58,797 nt of DNA, filler included, from Sphacelaria rigidula (GCA_964200075.2; 5 parts of 5 records of this genome joined end to end with filler, not necessarily neighbours in it); one strand, 5' to 3'; counted from the first letter of the whole stretch, positions 36,130-48,421 are shown. The notes: a model not told the origin generated them from the sequence alone. Made by a program: numbers and translations.

Positions 36130-37731
36130 GAAAAATCATTTCACGGGAGAAAATCGCCTCGTCTTTGTACAAAAAAATATCGACGGGTTTCCAAAAAATA
36201 TGGTCTAACAGACGAGGGAAACACGAGGGGAAACAAACCGCTACTAATAGCGTTACGGTATCAAAATAAAGCAAACACATCCAAATGCCCGTTTTATTTA
36301 CGGTAAACATAGCTAAAACCCGTGGATACAACAACACTCAATTGATCAACAAACACGAGGGAAACTTCTACTCTCCCTAACCCCCGTCCCTCCAAGCCTG
36401 CCAATTCCTCGAAACAGAGGATATGATTTTTTAGTGCAGACTGAGTTAATTGTATTCAACATATGCGGAAGAGGTGTTTCCTTTTTCAGTCACGCCATGG
36501 CAGCCATCGTTCGTTGAGAAGAAATGACGCCCGAGAAGAATGGCCTGCAATTCTTCATACCTACTTCCGCTTGCGGTAGCTGGGAAAGAATCCTTCTTTA
36601 GTATACCAAAGAGAGCATGTGCCATAATCTGCAGTGCAACACAACAAGATTCAAGTACAGCACATAGTACGGGTGGAAATACCAGTGCAATCACGTGGCC
36701 ATTCTACAAATCTGCCCGACAAAGCGCACAGGCAGCCAGTGCACAACAAAAAAAGCACAGAAAAAAGCATAAGCTGAAGATGATTGCTTGACCCGACGAT
36801 CATCTTGCTATAAACTCTCGAAACAAATTTTGCAATAATCAATCAATCCATCAACAAGGTTGATTCGTCTTCGCATAACACGCGCAGAGATAAAGCGCTC
36901 TCCTCCGGAAAATTCGACAAAAGCGATATGCAACTACCCAGACAATACCAAGAAACTCTCTTTTCCCCCTGCTGTTTTTCTACTGCTCTACTCCCAACAC
37001 ACGGATTTACACCACCAATCAGCATCCAAAGCAGCACACCCGAAACCACTTTCCGCTAGGGAGAATTAAGTGGTGCTTGGTTCATCCGATTCCTCCTGGT
37101 TGATGGCGCGTATACATCCCCTCTTGAGCCTGGCCACTGACGAGGCTCTGAAGCGGTAACTTAAGGGTATTGCAAAGCGCGAGTTGGACCTAGTCCTGTG
37201 AAGACATGGAAACTATCACCGCTTCAACCCCTCCCCCTCCGCAATCCCCAGCGGGTACCTTCACGTTCCCCATTTTCCTCCGACAGGTAATAACTGCACA
37301 TTCCTCGCCGTTCAGCATGAATCGTCGGCATAAACAACTTGGTTGGCCGAGAACCACGTAAATCTACCTTTCCAGAACTGCCCCCATCATCTATAGCGAT
37401 ACCCTGCACATTCATCTCTGGTACCCGTCTCTCCAATTGCCTCGGATATATTCATCGCGGATCAGCCAACGTATCACAATCAATCAATCGACACCGAATC
37501 ATTTGCTGGCAAAAATTTCAAGCGCGCAGAAGATGTGAATGATCGAACGCAGCCGCGCCCTCCGACTTATCGTGAGCGCTCCCTCCTTTGCTCAGCCATT
37601 GCGTGTGCTACTTGGGGAAGTCACACCACTCTCAAATCACTCAGCTTTCACGCAAAAAATGCACAAACTAAAAGAGAAATTACCGCATACTAGCCTAGTG
37701 TGGGTAAAATACATGTATATCAATACTTCAT

Positions 37732-38376
37732 CTATTCTCCCTGAGCGCCGGTGCTGCCGTCGAATCCGTGGTGGTGACGCAAGAGTAGTGTCTTCTTCGC
37801 CGACATAGCCAATCTTCGAGCCGTGGGGGCCATAACTTCAGCAGAGGCATCCACCACGGCCGCAGGCCCAACGTCACCCAAGCCACCATCGCGCGTGCCT
37901 CCCGTGCTCCGCCGTTCCCCTGTCGTCGCCTTCGAGGCCTCGGCCGCCGCCGCCGCCGCTGCCGCCACCTCCGCCAGTCCCTTCAACGCCCCCGGGAAGG
38001 ACTGCTTTTCACCGCCTCGGGCATCACCACCCCCCTCGCCACCCCAGGTCCTCTTCGGTGGCCGGATAACATCGAAGCCATCCGTGCCAGCCGTGGAGTT
38101 GCCGCTGAGCCGCGGTTCGCGGTCGTCTTCGTCATTTTCCATTGCGCTGCCATCGGCGCTGCCACTGCCACTGCCATCGGCGCTGGCGCTACTGACGCCA
38201 CCTCGGTACTCGCTGCTGCTGCGGGCGCCGCTGTCGGTATGGTGATCGCCCTCACTACTCGCGACACTCGTGCCCGAGTTGCTGCTTCCCGCGCTGACGC
38301 TGAAGCCGCTCATGCTCTGAGATGAGTCGCCGGCGCTGTTGGAGGCCGGTAGGGGCCGGTGGACCACTGCCGCAGC
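37732..38376 (-). CDS. bZIP-PAS gene, exon D (low-complexity C-terminus to stop)
   Basis: Acceptor ttttttacctgcag|GCT, phase 0. GC-rich frame open to TAG at 37732-37734. Confidence 0.75.
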   Translation of the reverse strand, partial: AAAVVHRPLPASNSAGDSSQSMSGFSVSAGSSNSGTSVASSEGDHHTDSGARSSSEYRGGVSSASADGSGSGSADGSAMENDEDDREPRLSGNSTAGTDGFDVIRPPKRTWGGEGGGDARGGEKQSFPGALKGLAEVAAAAAAAAEASKATTGERRSTGGTRDGGLGDVGPAAVVDASAEVMAPTARRLAMSAKKTLLLRHHHGFDGSTGAQGE

Positions 38377-38676
38377 CTGCAGGTAAAAAAACGGCGGGTA
38401 ATGTTGGCGAGAGGCCGTAATTCACGTGTGATAAATCACGTGGCCCTCGATAGAGCATGATATGTGCTGAATCGTATGCTGGCAGTGGCTGAGCGGAGGT
38501 CGTTATCCAGCCGGCCATCATGACGGTGGCTTTGAGATACAGATCTTGAGGTATACACAGAGGTGTAGAAAACATGTGCTCCAGAGCATCAAAGGATGCA
38601 AACCAGTGGTACTATCACGTGATAAAACAAACAACCAGAACTATACCACCCCACCGCCTTGCCCCAGTCAACTCAC

Positions 38677-38868
38677 CCGCTGGAGCCTGTTGACAATACT
38701 GTTTGCGCTGCCCGGCGGGCCGTCCCCGTGCATCTGCTGGAACGAGCAGATGACCTCGACGGGCACGATCTCCTGCTTGTTCTTCAGCCACACCAGCCGC
38801 ATCGAACTCCGGACTTCGTACCAATCAGATTTCTTGTCCTGTCGGACAATCTCCAACTTGCAGATTTC
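38677..38868 (-). CDS. bZIP-PAS gene, exon C (PAS C-terminal beta strands, PAC-like)
   Basis: Acceptor tttcacag|GAA and donor CGG|gtgagt; 192 bp, phase 0. EICKLEIVRQDKKSDWYEVRSSMRLV...VEVICSFQQM matches the PAC pattern (L...R.D....W.E......ICS). Confidence 0.8.
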
Positions 38869-39784
38869 CTGTGAAATTTCCGCGCAGTCGAAACTCAACA
38901 CGATATGAAAATTAATAGCATAACCCGCCATGAGATCGGGCGGGGGGAAACAGAAAAAGCACGCTATTGTTCAAAATCGAAAACTTATCAAATTGTACAA
39001 CGTACAGGTTGGTTCACGCATATCACCCAAAAAACACTCATCGGCAAAACTTCACGCCGTTTGAAGGAGTGAGGCCCTGAAGTTTTGCACGAATGTTCTA
39101 TGGGTCATTAAGCAACTTTGCAGGAACGTTTTTCTTTTTTCACGTTTTCACCGTTTTTCGGGGCCCCCAGTTTTTTGGGGGAAACCTCGACCCAATCGGA
39201 CCCCCGTAAAACGGTAACAAGAAAAAAAACGATGTCCCAGAGTACAGTTGTGCAAAATTTCAGGGTCTAACTCCTTGAAACGGCGTGAAGTTTTTGGCCT
39301 TCGTGCGTTGAAGTTCGCCGTACCGCGGTGGAATCGCAAACTACTTGATTTTAGTACGAAGACGGCGTTTTTGGGCTTTCTTTGATGTGAACATGGAAAT
39401 TTAGGCACCAGTTGATCGAGTTTTGCGACGAAAATTTGTGGAGCCCATCCTTAGGTTATGCGGAGACAGATAGTTCGCGAAAAAATTAAAAAAAAAATGT
39501 TGTAGTGCCGTTTTTCTGGGGTCCCAGAATGGAAACTACTTCGGAAAACGACTTCGATCCCGTCGGACCCCCGAAAAACGGTAAAAAACTCAAGAAGTAC
39601 AAAAAACATCGTTCGTAGAAAGCTGCGTAATGATACATAGCATATTTATGCGAAGTTTCAGGATATTACTCTTAATGACAGCGTGAAAGTTTTCGCGTTT
39701 GTGGAGGACGAGGGCTTGAAACGTGCAACTCCCAACTACTTGGTTTTAGTATGTAAACGTCTTTCAGGGCGGATTTGACGTTAA

Positions 39785-39882
39785 CCCATAGACCGCGAGG
39801 TTGGTCTTCTGTTGAATCGACATCAATTTCAAGTGAAAAAAAGCATGCATGATCCAGAAAGACTAATCTCGCGGTCTAAGGG
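39785..39882. mobile_element. 98-bp piggyBac-like MITE with TTAA target-site duplication, intronic
   Basis: TTAA|CCCATAGACCGCGAG ... CTCGCGGTCTAAGGG|TTAA. TIR matches at 14/15 and extends imperfectly to ~27 bp. CCC/GGG ends plus TTAA are piggyBac hallmarks. Confidence 0.85.
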
Positions 39883-39994
39883 TTAAGGCAAGAAAAACTG
39901 TATGAGGTTTTCGAGTTTCTCCACCAAACTTTGTACATCTGTTCCTTGGACTCTCCCGGGATGGGAAAATGGAACAAAATATTCCGTCACTTAC

Positions 39995-40684
39995 CCTTCG
40001 ATTATTGGTGAAGGCATTAATCTTGGACTGTAGATCGCGGTCCACGCTCGTCGCAACACCACCGTCGGCAGTTGCCCCCGCCGCCACGGCCTCGCTCTTC
40101 GCAGCAAATTTCTCTCCCCCAATTCCAGATCCCGAACCACGCTTTGCAGAGGAGAAAACAGCCGGCCCGAGCGAAGGCAGCAATTTTCTCTTGGGCCGCC
40201 CTTGCCCGTAGCCTCCTTCCCCACCCGTGGTCGTCGTCGCACTCTCCCAGCCACTGCCGCCGCTGCCACCGCCGCCCCTCGAGGTGCTGCCAACGCTCAT
40301 CGGGATTTTAGCGTTCGAGTTGACCTCGCTCTCCCCGCCATCCGTGCTCGCCCAATCCGCGCTGTCGGCCAAACTACTCCCGCCCCCGTTCGCCGCAGCG
40401 CCACCGACGGCAGTACTGCGGGACCGAGAGGAGGAAGAGCTGGAAGACGACGACTCCGCGGAGGGGCGGGGAGGCTCCCCGCTCGCCGAAAAGAAGCTGG
40501 AGTCTCCCTGCTCCCTGGCCCTCTCGCTCCGCGCGAGTAGGGCCTGGAAGGTGATGCCCTGAAACCGGAGGGCGGACTCGATAGCCTCCTTACTAACGGT
40601 CCCCAGGTTTTCCTCCATAAGGCGACGTAACCGGTCATGGCATCCCGCCTCCACTAGGTCAAAAATGTTGCATCCCTCTACTTC
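39995..40684 (-). CDS. bZIP-PAS gene, exon B
   Basis: Acceptor cccctcccccag|GAA and donor AGG|gtaagt; 690 bp, phase 0. EVEGCNIFDLVEAGCHDRLRRLMEENL continues the PAS fold, followed by Ser/Gly/Ala-rich sequence. Confidence 0.85.
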
Positions 40685-41163
40685 CTGGGGGAGGGGCGTA
40701 CTCATGATCATGCATGCCATAGTCAGCGAGGGGGGGAGGGGGGGGGTAAGGATCAAGTAATTCAACGATGCACCCTTTTAGTGCGGTTGTGTGGGAGCGA
40801 ACGAAAGTTGTGGGAAACGGGTGAAATGACCCCAGAATGCACCAGCCGATGTTTGTCGTCGCGTTGTTTCCGATCTTGAAACAATAAAAGCAAAGCACAG
40901 AAATAGATGGCCAACCTAAAAAAAATGTGATAAAATAAATAAAAAGGAAAAAACCCAAGGGATTCAAGGCAGCAGAGTAGATACAGACACACATCAGTGG
41001 GCACCGCAGAGCCACCGACTAAGGACATAATAAAATATGGATATGGATACGCACGCCAATACCACGGAGTTCGCAATAACAGATCGCAAGCGCGATTCGG
41101 GCCAAAACGCAGTCGTATGTTATTTATAGACCTACTGTACTTTTTGTACATGCTGGTACGCAC

Positions 41164-41319
41164 CTCGCGGGTGTACTTGAGAAACTGGCGGCAGTTCTCG
41201 GTGGCGTAGGTGATCACGCCGTCCCGCCGCATGGCCAAAATCATGTCGGGCAACAAGGACAGCACGCGGGACCGCTTGCGCATCCTCTCGTTGGCCTCAG
41301 CCATTGTCTCCACCAACAC
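41164..41319 (-). CDS. bZIP-PAS transcription factor, exon A (zipper and PAS N-terminal part); gene is 5'-partial
   Basis: VLVETMAEANERMRKRSRVLSLLPDMILAMRRDGVITYATENCRQFLKYTRE: heptad M-x6-M-x6-L with a bZIP-like N..M, followed by the PAS start LPD.I....DG.I.Y. Donor GAG|gtgcgt, phase 0. The 5' boundary assumes an AAG acceptor; ATG at 41331 is the alternative. The basic region is not visible, so the bZIP call is inferred. Confidence 0.75.
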
Positions 41320-43012
41320 CTTTCCCGTCATTTCGCAGCGATCAAGACAATACCGAAGACATCGCCCCGTTAATGAGGAGCAGAATACAGCGTGGCTTTT
41401 CCAAGTATACAGACGTAAACCGTGCGGTTTGTTCCTGTGGTTTTGCCTGTTGCTGCGGACACGTCAGGCACGTGAGTCCGAGTACAACAGGCGCGGCCAT
41501 CGCACCGTAGTGCACGGGCATACGTCATATTTACACCGTGCGTCTTTCTTCATCGAACGTGATTCCTGATGTACGCAAGGGCCATAGCCGAAGTCCACGC
41601 GAGAGCACTAGCCGAAAACTCTAGCATATATTGAGTGTCTGCGTTGTCGTATGTCAATCTAACCTGATAGCCGGGTTTGGGGGTTTCGACACAAACTGGC
41701 CATGTCAGGAGAGGGAAAGAATACAAAGAAAGTTCCGAGAACAGCAGTTCAACCAGTCGGAAAAAATAAGTGCTGCGCCTGGAAAAAAAAAAACAATTTT
41801 ATCGTAACAAAATCCGACCTGTTTCGGCCCTGCTGCGCGCTGCTGCAGCACGCAAGTCCAGACCTACGGGCGTGAGATCATTGACTGAGCTTCAGGTGAC
41901 ACGCGTGCAAAGTTTCAGTGCATCGCAGCTCCGACAGCGCGCGTACGGTTGTACCGAGTAGAATCAGGACCTGTGCAGGCGATACTCCGATGGATATTTC
42001 TGTATCAAGTAAGTGGAATCCGGACCTGTAGAGGCGGTACACCGATGGAGATATCTGTATGAAGTCATCACCCAGAGAGTACCCAGGTGCAGATCGAGAT
42101 TGTTCGCCAGCCGTAGGAGCCACCCTGCTGCATATCATGTGGAAATTCTTGAAGTATCGTGTCCACATGACTTTTAAGTTCGGGTGAACGAGGTTTCGTC
42201 CGTGAAGCTTGATGTTTGACGGCGGTTCGATCGTTTTGCCAGAAATTCGGGTATCACGGTTACCTTTTTACGATTACATCGGCACGCGGCGCCGCTTGGC
42301 ACACTTGTTGCTTGTCTTATGTCGAACCAGGGTGCCAAGTTACATGTCTGATCATAGAGGCAAGGTGGGGATTTACGTCGTCAAAGTTCTTGTAAAACCA
42401 CCGAGAACGGCAATTCTGGACATTCGCAAGATACAGCATGGGTTACTGTTGTAGTCTGACACATACTGTATGGTACTTTATTATTGTTCGGTACCGTTTT
42501 GTTTGGTCGTTTGGTTGTTTTGTTCTTGGTCTGATGTCCCAGGAAATATGATGAGAACTGCATGTCTTTCTTGTAAGGAGCAGCAGGTGACGGTATTGAA
42601 AAGACAAGCCTACGTCTGTGACCGCGGGTGCCAGAGATCGCACTAATGTGCGGATATAATAAAACAAGCTGTATTGTACAGACGGTAACCATGCCCTCCA
42701 TCACAGATTTTTACTCGGGTGCGGTTTTTTATACTGTCACTTTTTTTTCCAGAAAATAATAATCCAACCCCAACCAGTCAAATCATGCCAATTCAATCTA
42801 TGCTATATATCAATCGTCGTTCCCCCGTCCTGGAAAATCTGTGCTTGAAATTAATTGGTGTTCCAAAAAATCCTGCTGGCGTTTCTCAGATGTTCGTCAA
42901 AATCTCGCCCACTCTCAGCGACGTCATACCGTACTTCGTACTATGCATCTTCAGAGGCCACGGACCCCATGTACTGGTCTTTCTAAGGTGGGGTCCGATT
43001 GTAAATTTCAAA

Positions 43013-43923
43013 CAGTGCTACCATGTACACTTGCAGATAATCATGTCGTTTATTTTGCGACGGGCAGCAAATGAGATAATTATTTTTCATGCGAACAATA
43101 TACATTGTATACAGGCTTTTACTTTTCATGAGCATTTTTTTTCTGTTTTAATGCGTTTCATTCCACTTCTTTTTTTATGCTCGAAGGTGAAAATTATGCG
43201 CCGATTTCTGCGTATTTTGGTGAAATATGCGCGACTTATGCGCCTTTTTCGTGTCCTTCTTGAGGTGGTTCCTGGCGGCATCCCTCATGGAATGTACCTT
43301 CCAGCGCGGAAAAAAAATACAAATGCACATTTAAAGCAAAACTTTACGTCTAATGTGAAATATGACACATTTATTTATTTGATCCGTTTCACATAAACAT
43401 GGAGTAGTTTACACACAGCACAATAACCGATATCAGACCGGCAACAAACTTCAAAATTAAATTAAAAAAAATCACGAACACAAACGCCGCGACTCGACGA
43501 GCCACGTTACATGGAGCACCGCCGGTGGGTAGCTACTAGCTGATGGGCATGGGGTGCATCATCCCGTTGGAGTATTATATGCGCCAAGTTATGCGTAAAC
43601 CTGAGCTTTTATCCCTTTGTTATACTGAAATCTCCAAAAACACATGTTTTGAAGAAAAAAAAACATGAGGTTATGCGCAAAACCCCGTTTTATGCGAAAT
43701 TATATGCGCGTATAAAAAGCAAAAGCCTAATTATGTGTTACCCCGTGCTCATTGTCGCGGGGGCTGAGGCGAGGTCTTATCGGAAAGTTATCATCACTAG
43801 GCTTATATTTATCATGGTAGTATATATTTTTGGCATAACTCTACCTTGGTAGCATAAACAGCATAGCGTTTCAGCATGTAGCATTGTCGAGCATAATTTT
43901 TCACCATAGGGGTGGTAACACTG
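43013..43923. mobile_element. hAT-like non-autonomous element
   Basis: TIR CAGTGCTACCA / TGGTAACACTG (10/11), with many TTATGCG / GCATAA internal motifs. The 8-bp flanks ATTTCAAA and GTCTAAAT match at only 4/8. Confidence 0.5.
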
Positions 43924-44047
43924 GTCTAAATGCTAACCTGCTGAGATATTTTCGGCGAAAACTCTGCTGTAATCGACCGCGGGTCTGATTTTTTTTTCAT
44001 GAAAGCACACGACACAAAATATTAACACGTACGATGTACTGTACAGT

Positions 44048-44572
44048 ATGAACTCTGACCACCTCGCCCTGCCTTCTGGCGAGATCAGAATGCACTGTAG
44101 AGTCCACGAGGTACGTGTGTACGCTTACGATCGCATCGGGTACCAGGAGAGCTATTCGTCGGCGACAAACATGGAACTCTTCAAAGCTACCGAGCTCGCG
44201 AACTTCACGTGCATGAAGCAACACATGTACACGAAGGACGACATCAGCGCGTTGATCGTGTTTCCGTTTATGACGAATGACATTGTCGACAAGCTCGTCA
44301 TCGAAAGGGACGAATATGGTGTAGCAGCAACCGACCTCGATGCTGAATACGACCTGTTGACGTTTTGGAGGGACATCAGGAGACGTCTGCCGCCTTGGCA
44401 CAGCGTGGCGATAGACCTGGCGCTAATCCAGCCATCGTCATGCTTCATAGAGCAAGTGTTCTTTATCCTCCGGGCGTGCCTGGATAATAGACAGGAGCAA
44501 ACTCTTAGTGATCGCATTGCCGCGGCAGTGCTCCTTAAATACAACAGAGGGCGAGGTGGTCAGGATTTATGA
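44048..44572 (+). mobile_element. hAT transposase C-terminal dimerisation-domain remnant
   Basis: LLTFWRDIRRRLPPWHSVAIDLALIQPSSCFIEQVFFILR...QEQTLSDRI...LKYN matches the hAT C-terminal signature W....LP....A.....P.SS...ER.FS. Confidence 0.8.
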
Positions 44573-45361
44573 GGGGTATGAGGTGTAGTGGTGGGTGATG
44601 AGCGGCGAGTGCAACTCCGCTGTACAGTGTGAAACGTTGCAGTACCGTTGTGAAAAAGCGAAGCAAAGGGTATCAGCGTATTCCATTCGGCGTATATTCG
44701 AGGAACTTTGATGGAGGGCATCTCGGAACCGTTTGGATATGGAATGTGGGTGGTAGGTGGGAAGCCTACGTTTTTTTTTTTTTCCCGATGTTGGCTTCCC
44801 AATTTTTTGTGTGTGTTTTGGTTTTGTACTTTCTCTGGCTACTTTATTCTCGTCTACTCCAGTATTTTCCCCAATTTCTACCCTTTTGTGTGTGTGTGTG
44901 TGTTTGTGTTTTTGTGCACCTTGTTTCCTGGGTTGTATCCGTCTCGCGACCTCGGATAGATTCGAAGCGGATCGGTTCATGCGAGACAATCAATCTAACA
45001 ATAATTCTCCAATTAAATGCCAGAGTTTTATTTGTCGTTGTCCTTGGACACGAATTCCTCGACATAGGACGGGCGACGAGTGAACACATCATGTGATTCA
45101 GTGACTTGTCATTGTGAGCCTGGTGACGAGATGCGTCTGCATCGGCCTTCACAGGGTGCATACAACGTACACTCATTGAGCCAGATTGTGATGGATATCA
45201 CAATCAACAGTTCGCCTGCTGTATGTCTTGTCTATCCGGCAGTGGGGGGGCGGCATATAGCACAAGATGCAGTATATATAGTGCGCGATGATATACAATG
45301 GTGCATCGTGTACGACAACAGGAAAATACGGCAGTCAATCGTACTCATGCAGGTAGGTAGT

Positions 45362-45722
45362 GTGTGTTGTGTGTTGTCGTCCGATCTATCCTGGACGCCG
45401 GTCTACCCCTTCCGGTATATGTGGGCGCACCAGCTGGGGTCACACAGGAGGATATTCAACACAGGAGTATTTTATTTTTTGTTTGTTTTTAGCTCTTCGT
45501 CATCCTTCTGCGGTGCTTCCCTTTCTTTTTTATCGCGAGAGGGGTTCAGCAGTGCCTTTCCCTCGTCGACTGTCAAGTCGAATTTTGTGTACCCACGACA
45601 TAGTCGCTCTCCACTGTAGGGCGTTTTGTGAGAAAAAATATAACATATTTCTTCGAGACCTTGAACCCGCGACCCAACCGTCAGAAGGTGTCGAGGTTAC
45701 CAACTGAGCCACCGGGGCGACC
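45362..45722 (-). mobile_element. Apparently full-length tRNA-derived SINE
   Basis: Head GGTCGCCCCGG, A-box TGGCTCAGTTGG (45711-45700) and degenerate B-box GGTTCAAGGTC (45667-45657). The body is shared with 23085-23312 and 10283-10385 and ends in a CA-rich tail. Confidence 0.75.
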
Positions 45723-47020
45723 GGTTCTAGGTAGTACTTCGTACATACTCCGAGCATATAGCATGCATATAGTGATCGGTGGGTATGTATCCGGTCGAAA
45801 ATGGCATTCTTGTTGGATATTACGGCAGACTGCATTTGGAGCGGGACAGACTCGCTCGGTAACTTACCAATTAGATCGCTCCATTTCGCTCGGGAATCGC
45901 CAGGGGAGTACTCTAAAACCAAGTGTTCGTGTGGTCTAACTCGTAGCGCGTTTCAGCCCAATACAGTAGTACGGTAGAGTACAGGCGTCCAACGCATGGC
46001 ACCAGCACGAGCGTTGCAGCAACGGACAGCGCGTTGTTCGTCTTCCCGAAGACGAAACAGTCAACACACCCGTAAAGCTTTTAACAGTGTGCAGCCAGCA
46101 CTGCATGCCCACTAACATTGTTTTCTGCAGAGACGAACATAACGACAACATCGCAGCCCATGCAATCCAAACCGTGTTCGCAATGCGTGAACACACCACA
46201 ACATAACAGACAGTGGAAGCTCCGACATATGAGAGAGAGCTCGAGTGTTTTTGCCGGCGTGTTTTAGTTTGCGAGGGCAATGCGATCCTCACTGCACGTT
46301 TGATTGTGTCGACGTGTCTGTCGAGACTTCGTTTATGCTCCTGTCAACAGGACGTTTCATGTTCCCGTTCGAGGCGTCACAAAATCACTTCTGCAAAAGT
46401 GATTTTTCGGCATTTTTGTTTTTTTTTGGGGGGGGGGAGTGTCGAAGCAACCAATTATCGGTCGTTTTTTCCAAAAGTGATTTATTGAAAAGTGATTGTC
46501 ACTTCCGACAAGACCCCGCCTGATCGTACAGCATGGCCGTCACCATCGGCGTACCATTAGGATCGCAAGGTAACAATATAGGGCAACATCAACACAACCG
46601 GACGCGAGAAACTGCCATCTTTGGAGTGACAAACTAGCATCCATGGTCCCGCCTCGAACACAGCTTCCCAGTGGTGCCGCGAGTCAGACGGGTGAACCTT
46701 CGTCTGGGGCGCGCGCCTCGTGTGAACTGCTTGTCCTTTGCAGCTGGTCCTACCTCATATCCTGTTCAATGGCTATACTACACTGGTAGTGGACTAGTTT
46801 TTTATTTTATTTTGGCCAACTCTAAGGGCCCATCTTAACGAAGGGGATAATCCCCTTTTTCAAAAACAACTGGTGATTGGTCGCTGCGATACCACCCCCT
46901 CCAAAAAATCCCCTTAACGTACACAGAAATCCCCTCTGGAGAGGGCATTTCCGGACACCTCGAAGGGGAACATACGTGTCCGGTTGACAGGGGCACATGC
47001 AAAGGCTCACCACACAGCCC

Positions 47021-47120
47021 NNNNNNNNNNNNNNNNNNNNNNNNNNNNNNNNNNNNNNNNNNNNTTAATTAATTAANNNNNNNNNNNNNNNNNNNNNNNN
47101 NNNNNNNNNNNNNNNNNNNN
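47021..47120. other. Artificial contig linker
   Basis: Same N44-TTAATTAATTAA-N44 structure. Confidence 0.97.
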
Positions 47121-47789
47121 TCTTGCAGCGCTACCCACGCTGCTTGGCCATTACCAACCCCATCCTCCTGGGTTTTCCCCATGAAACGTCTCACGGTATT
47201 GTTCGCTGATTTCTCGGTGGTGAAAAATAAGATGCTGAACACGTCATTGTTTGCGCGATTCCAAGCCAGTGAGGCTGCCGTATCACGGGTTGACGGTTCA
47301 TCACCAATTACGGTACGTGCGGGTCTCTGCCGCCCCTGCAGAATTTCTGCGGCCCCATTATGGTGGAGGGAAAGGATCACCCGTAGTTTGTCTTGGTACT
47401 CTCGGAAACTAGCCTTGTCTCTGCCATCAAATGTTTTACACAACTTAAGTATCGCACGAATACTCTCATTGTCCGCCATGATAATCCTCCTCGTCGCTTT
47501 GCTCCAACGTAACGAGTATAGTATAACGTGTTCCGATACCACCACACAATCGGCCTTGGTCACCGCCGCTTGACTTGTCGAAGGAGGTCGCGAAAATAAA
47601 GACACCGAAAGAATCGCGTCCAGATATGGCCCCCACCACAAAAGCGGTAATAGGAAGCCTCATGCATCGGGTGCGTTGTCGCGGGAAGCTGTAGGCCTAC
47701 CGTGGCCAGTTGAGACCAGATATCTTTTATGTAATTGATTCACCCATATTTGCCCACTCTCACACACATAACACACAACTGAATCAAGT
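47121..47789 (-). mobile_element. Ty1/Copia 5' end: putative short LTR, PBS and start of gag (cut by contig end)
   Basis: ATG at 47479 opens MADNESIRAILKLCKTFDGRDKASFREYQDKLR...WNRANNDVFSILFFTT...DGVGNGQAAWVALQ, a Copia gag N-terminal pattern (F.G....F..[WY]; N..L[FY]S.L; G..AW..L). PBS-like TGGTGGGGGCCA at 47638-47627. LTR limits (~47641-47789) are uncertain. Confidence 0.75.
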
Positions 47790-48421
47790 GGGGGGGGGCG
47801 GGAAATCGATCATACAAAATCATACGTCATGATCCCGTATTTTCGGCACACGAAAAAGGCGTGTGCCCCCAGTAGATTTGTACTGCAAGCACTAGATCGG
47901 GTATACCCCAAATAACAGAATTGTAGCTCTTATTCGTATTCCCCCCGTACGTCATGATCCAGTCTTGATATCCGATCCTGGAGCGTAAGTATAATCGATT
48001 AAGCGGCCCCTCGTGACGCCGCTTGATATGACCAGCTGGACAGGTTTGAAACGAAAATAGCGTACAAGTTGACACGAACACCGTACACGGTTGGGCACGT
48101 CTGTAGTAGGCGCGGAAAAAATTCTTTCCGAAGAAAAGGATCCGACTACTGACCTTTACTGTTCCCGCAGGTCAGCCATGGTGCTGCGCACGCTGGTGTC
48201 GTCTCCTCAAAGAATAGATCACACGCCCTACTCGGTTCAGGTTACGGTACCCTGCTGTAGCGCCAGTCGAGAGTAGTCACAATGCAGAGCTGGTCCTGTT
48301 CACCTGCGGTTATTCCGCTTTTAAAAACATTTTCACTTCGTACCACAGCGATCTCCGTACTGCGATGATGCCAGGTGCGCACAAAGTAAGTGCCGTCCTC
48401 AATCGTAATACAACGCACTGT

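Noticed and set aside
41180-41205. ENCRQFL as the LOV photoreceptor motif NCRFLQ (aureochrome)
   Set aside because: It sits directly after ITYAT, in the wrong helix. The position equivalent to GRNCRFLQ follows YTREEVE and reads GCNIFDLV.
42719-43396. 225-aa ORF as a membrane protein
   Set aside because: Non-ATG start, AT-rich, straddles the left TIR of a hAT-like element, and has no recognisable motif.
45650-45722. Functional tRNA gene
   Set aside because: A and B boxes are present, but the acceptor stem does not close and the sequence runs into a repeated SINE body.
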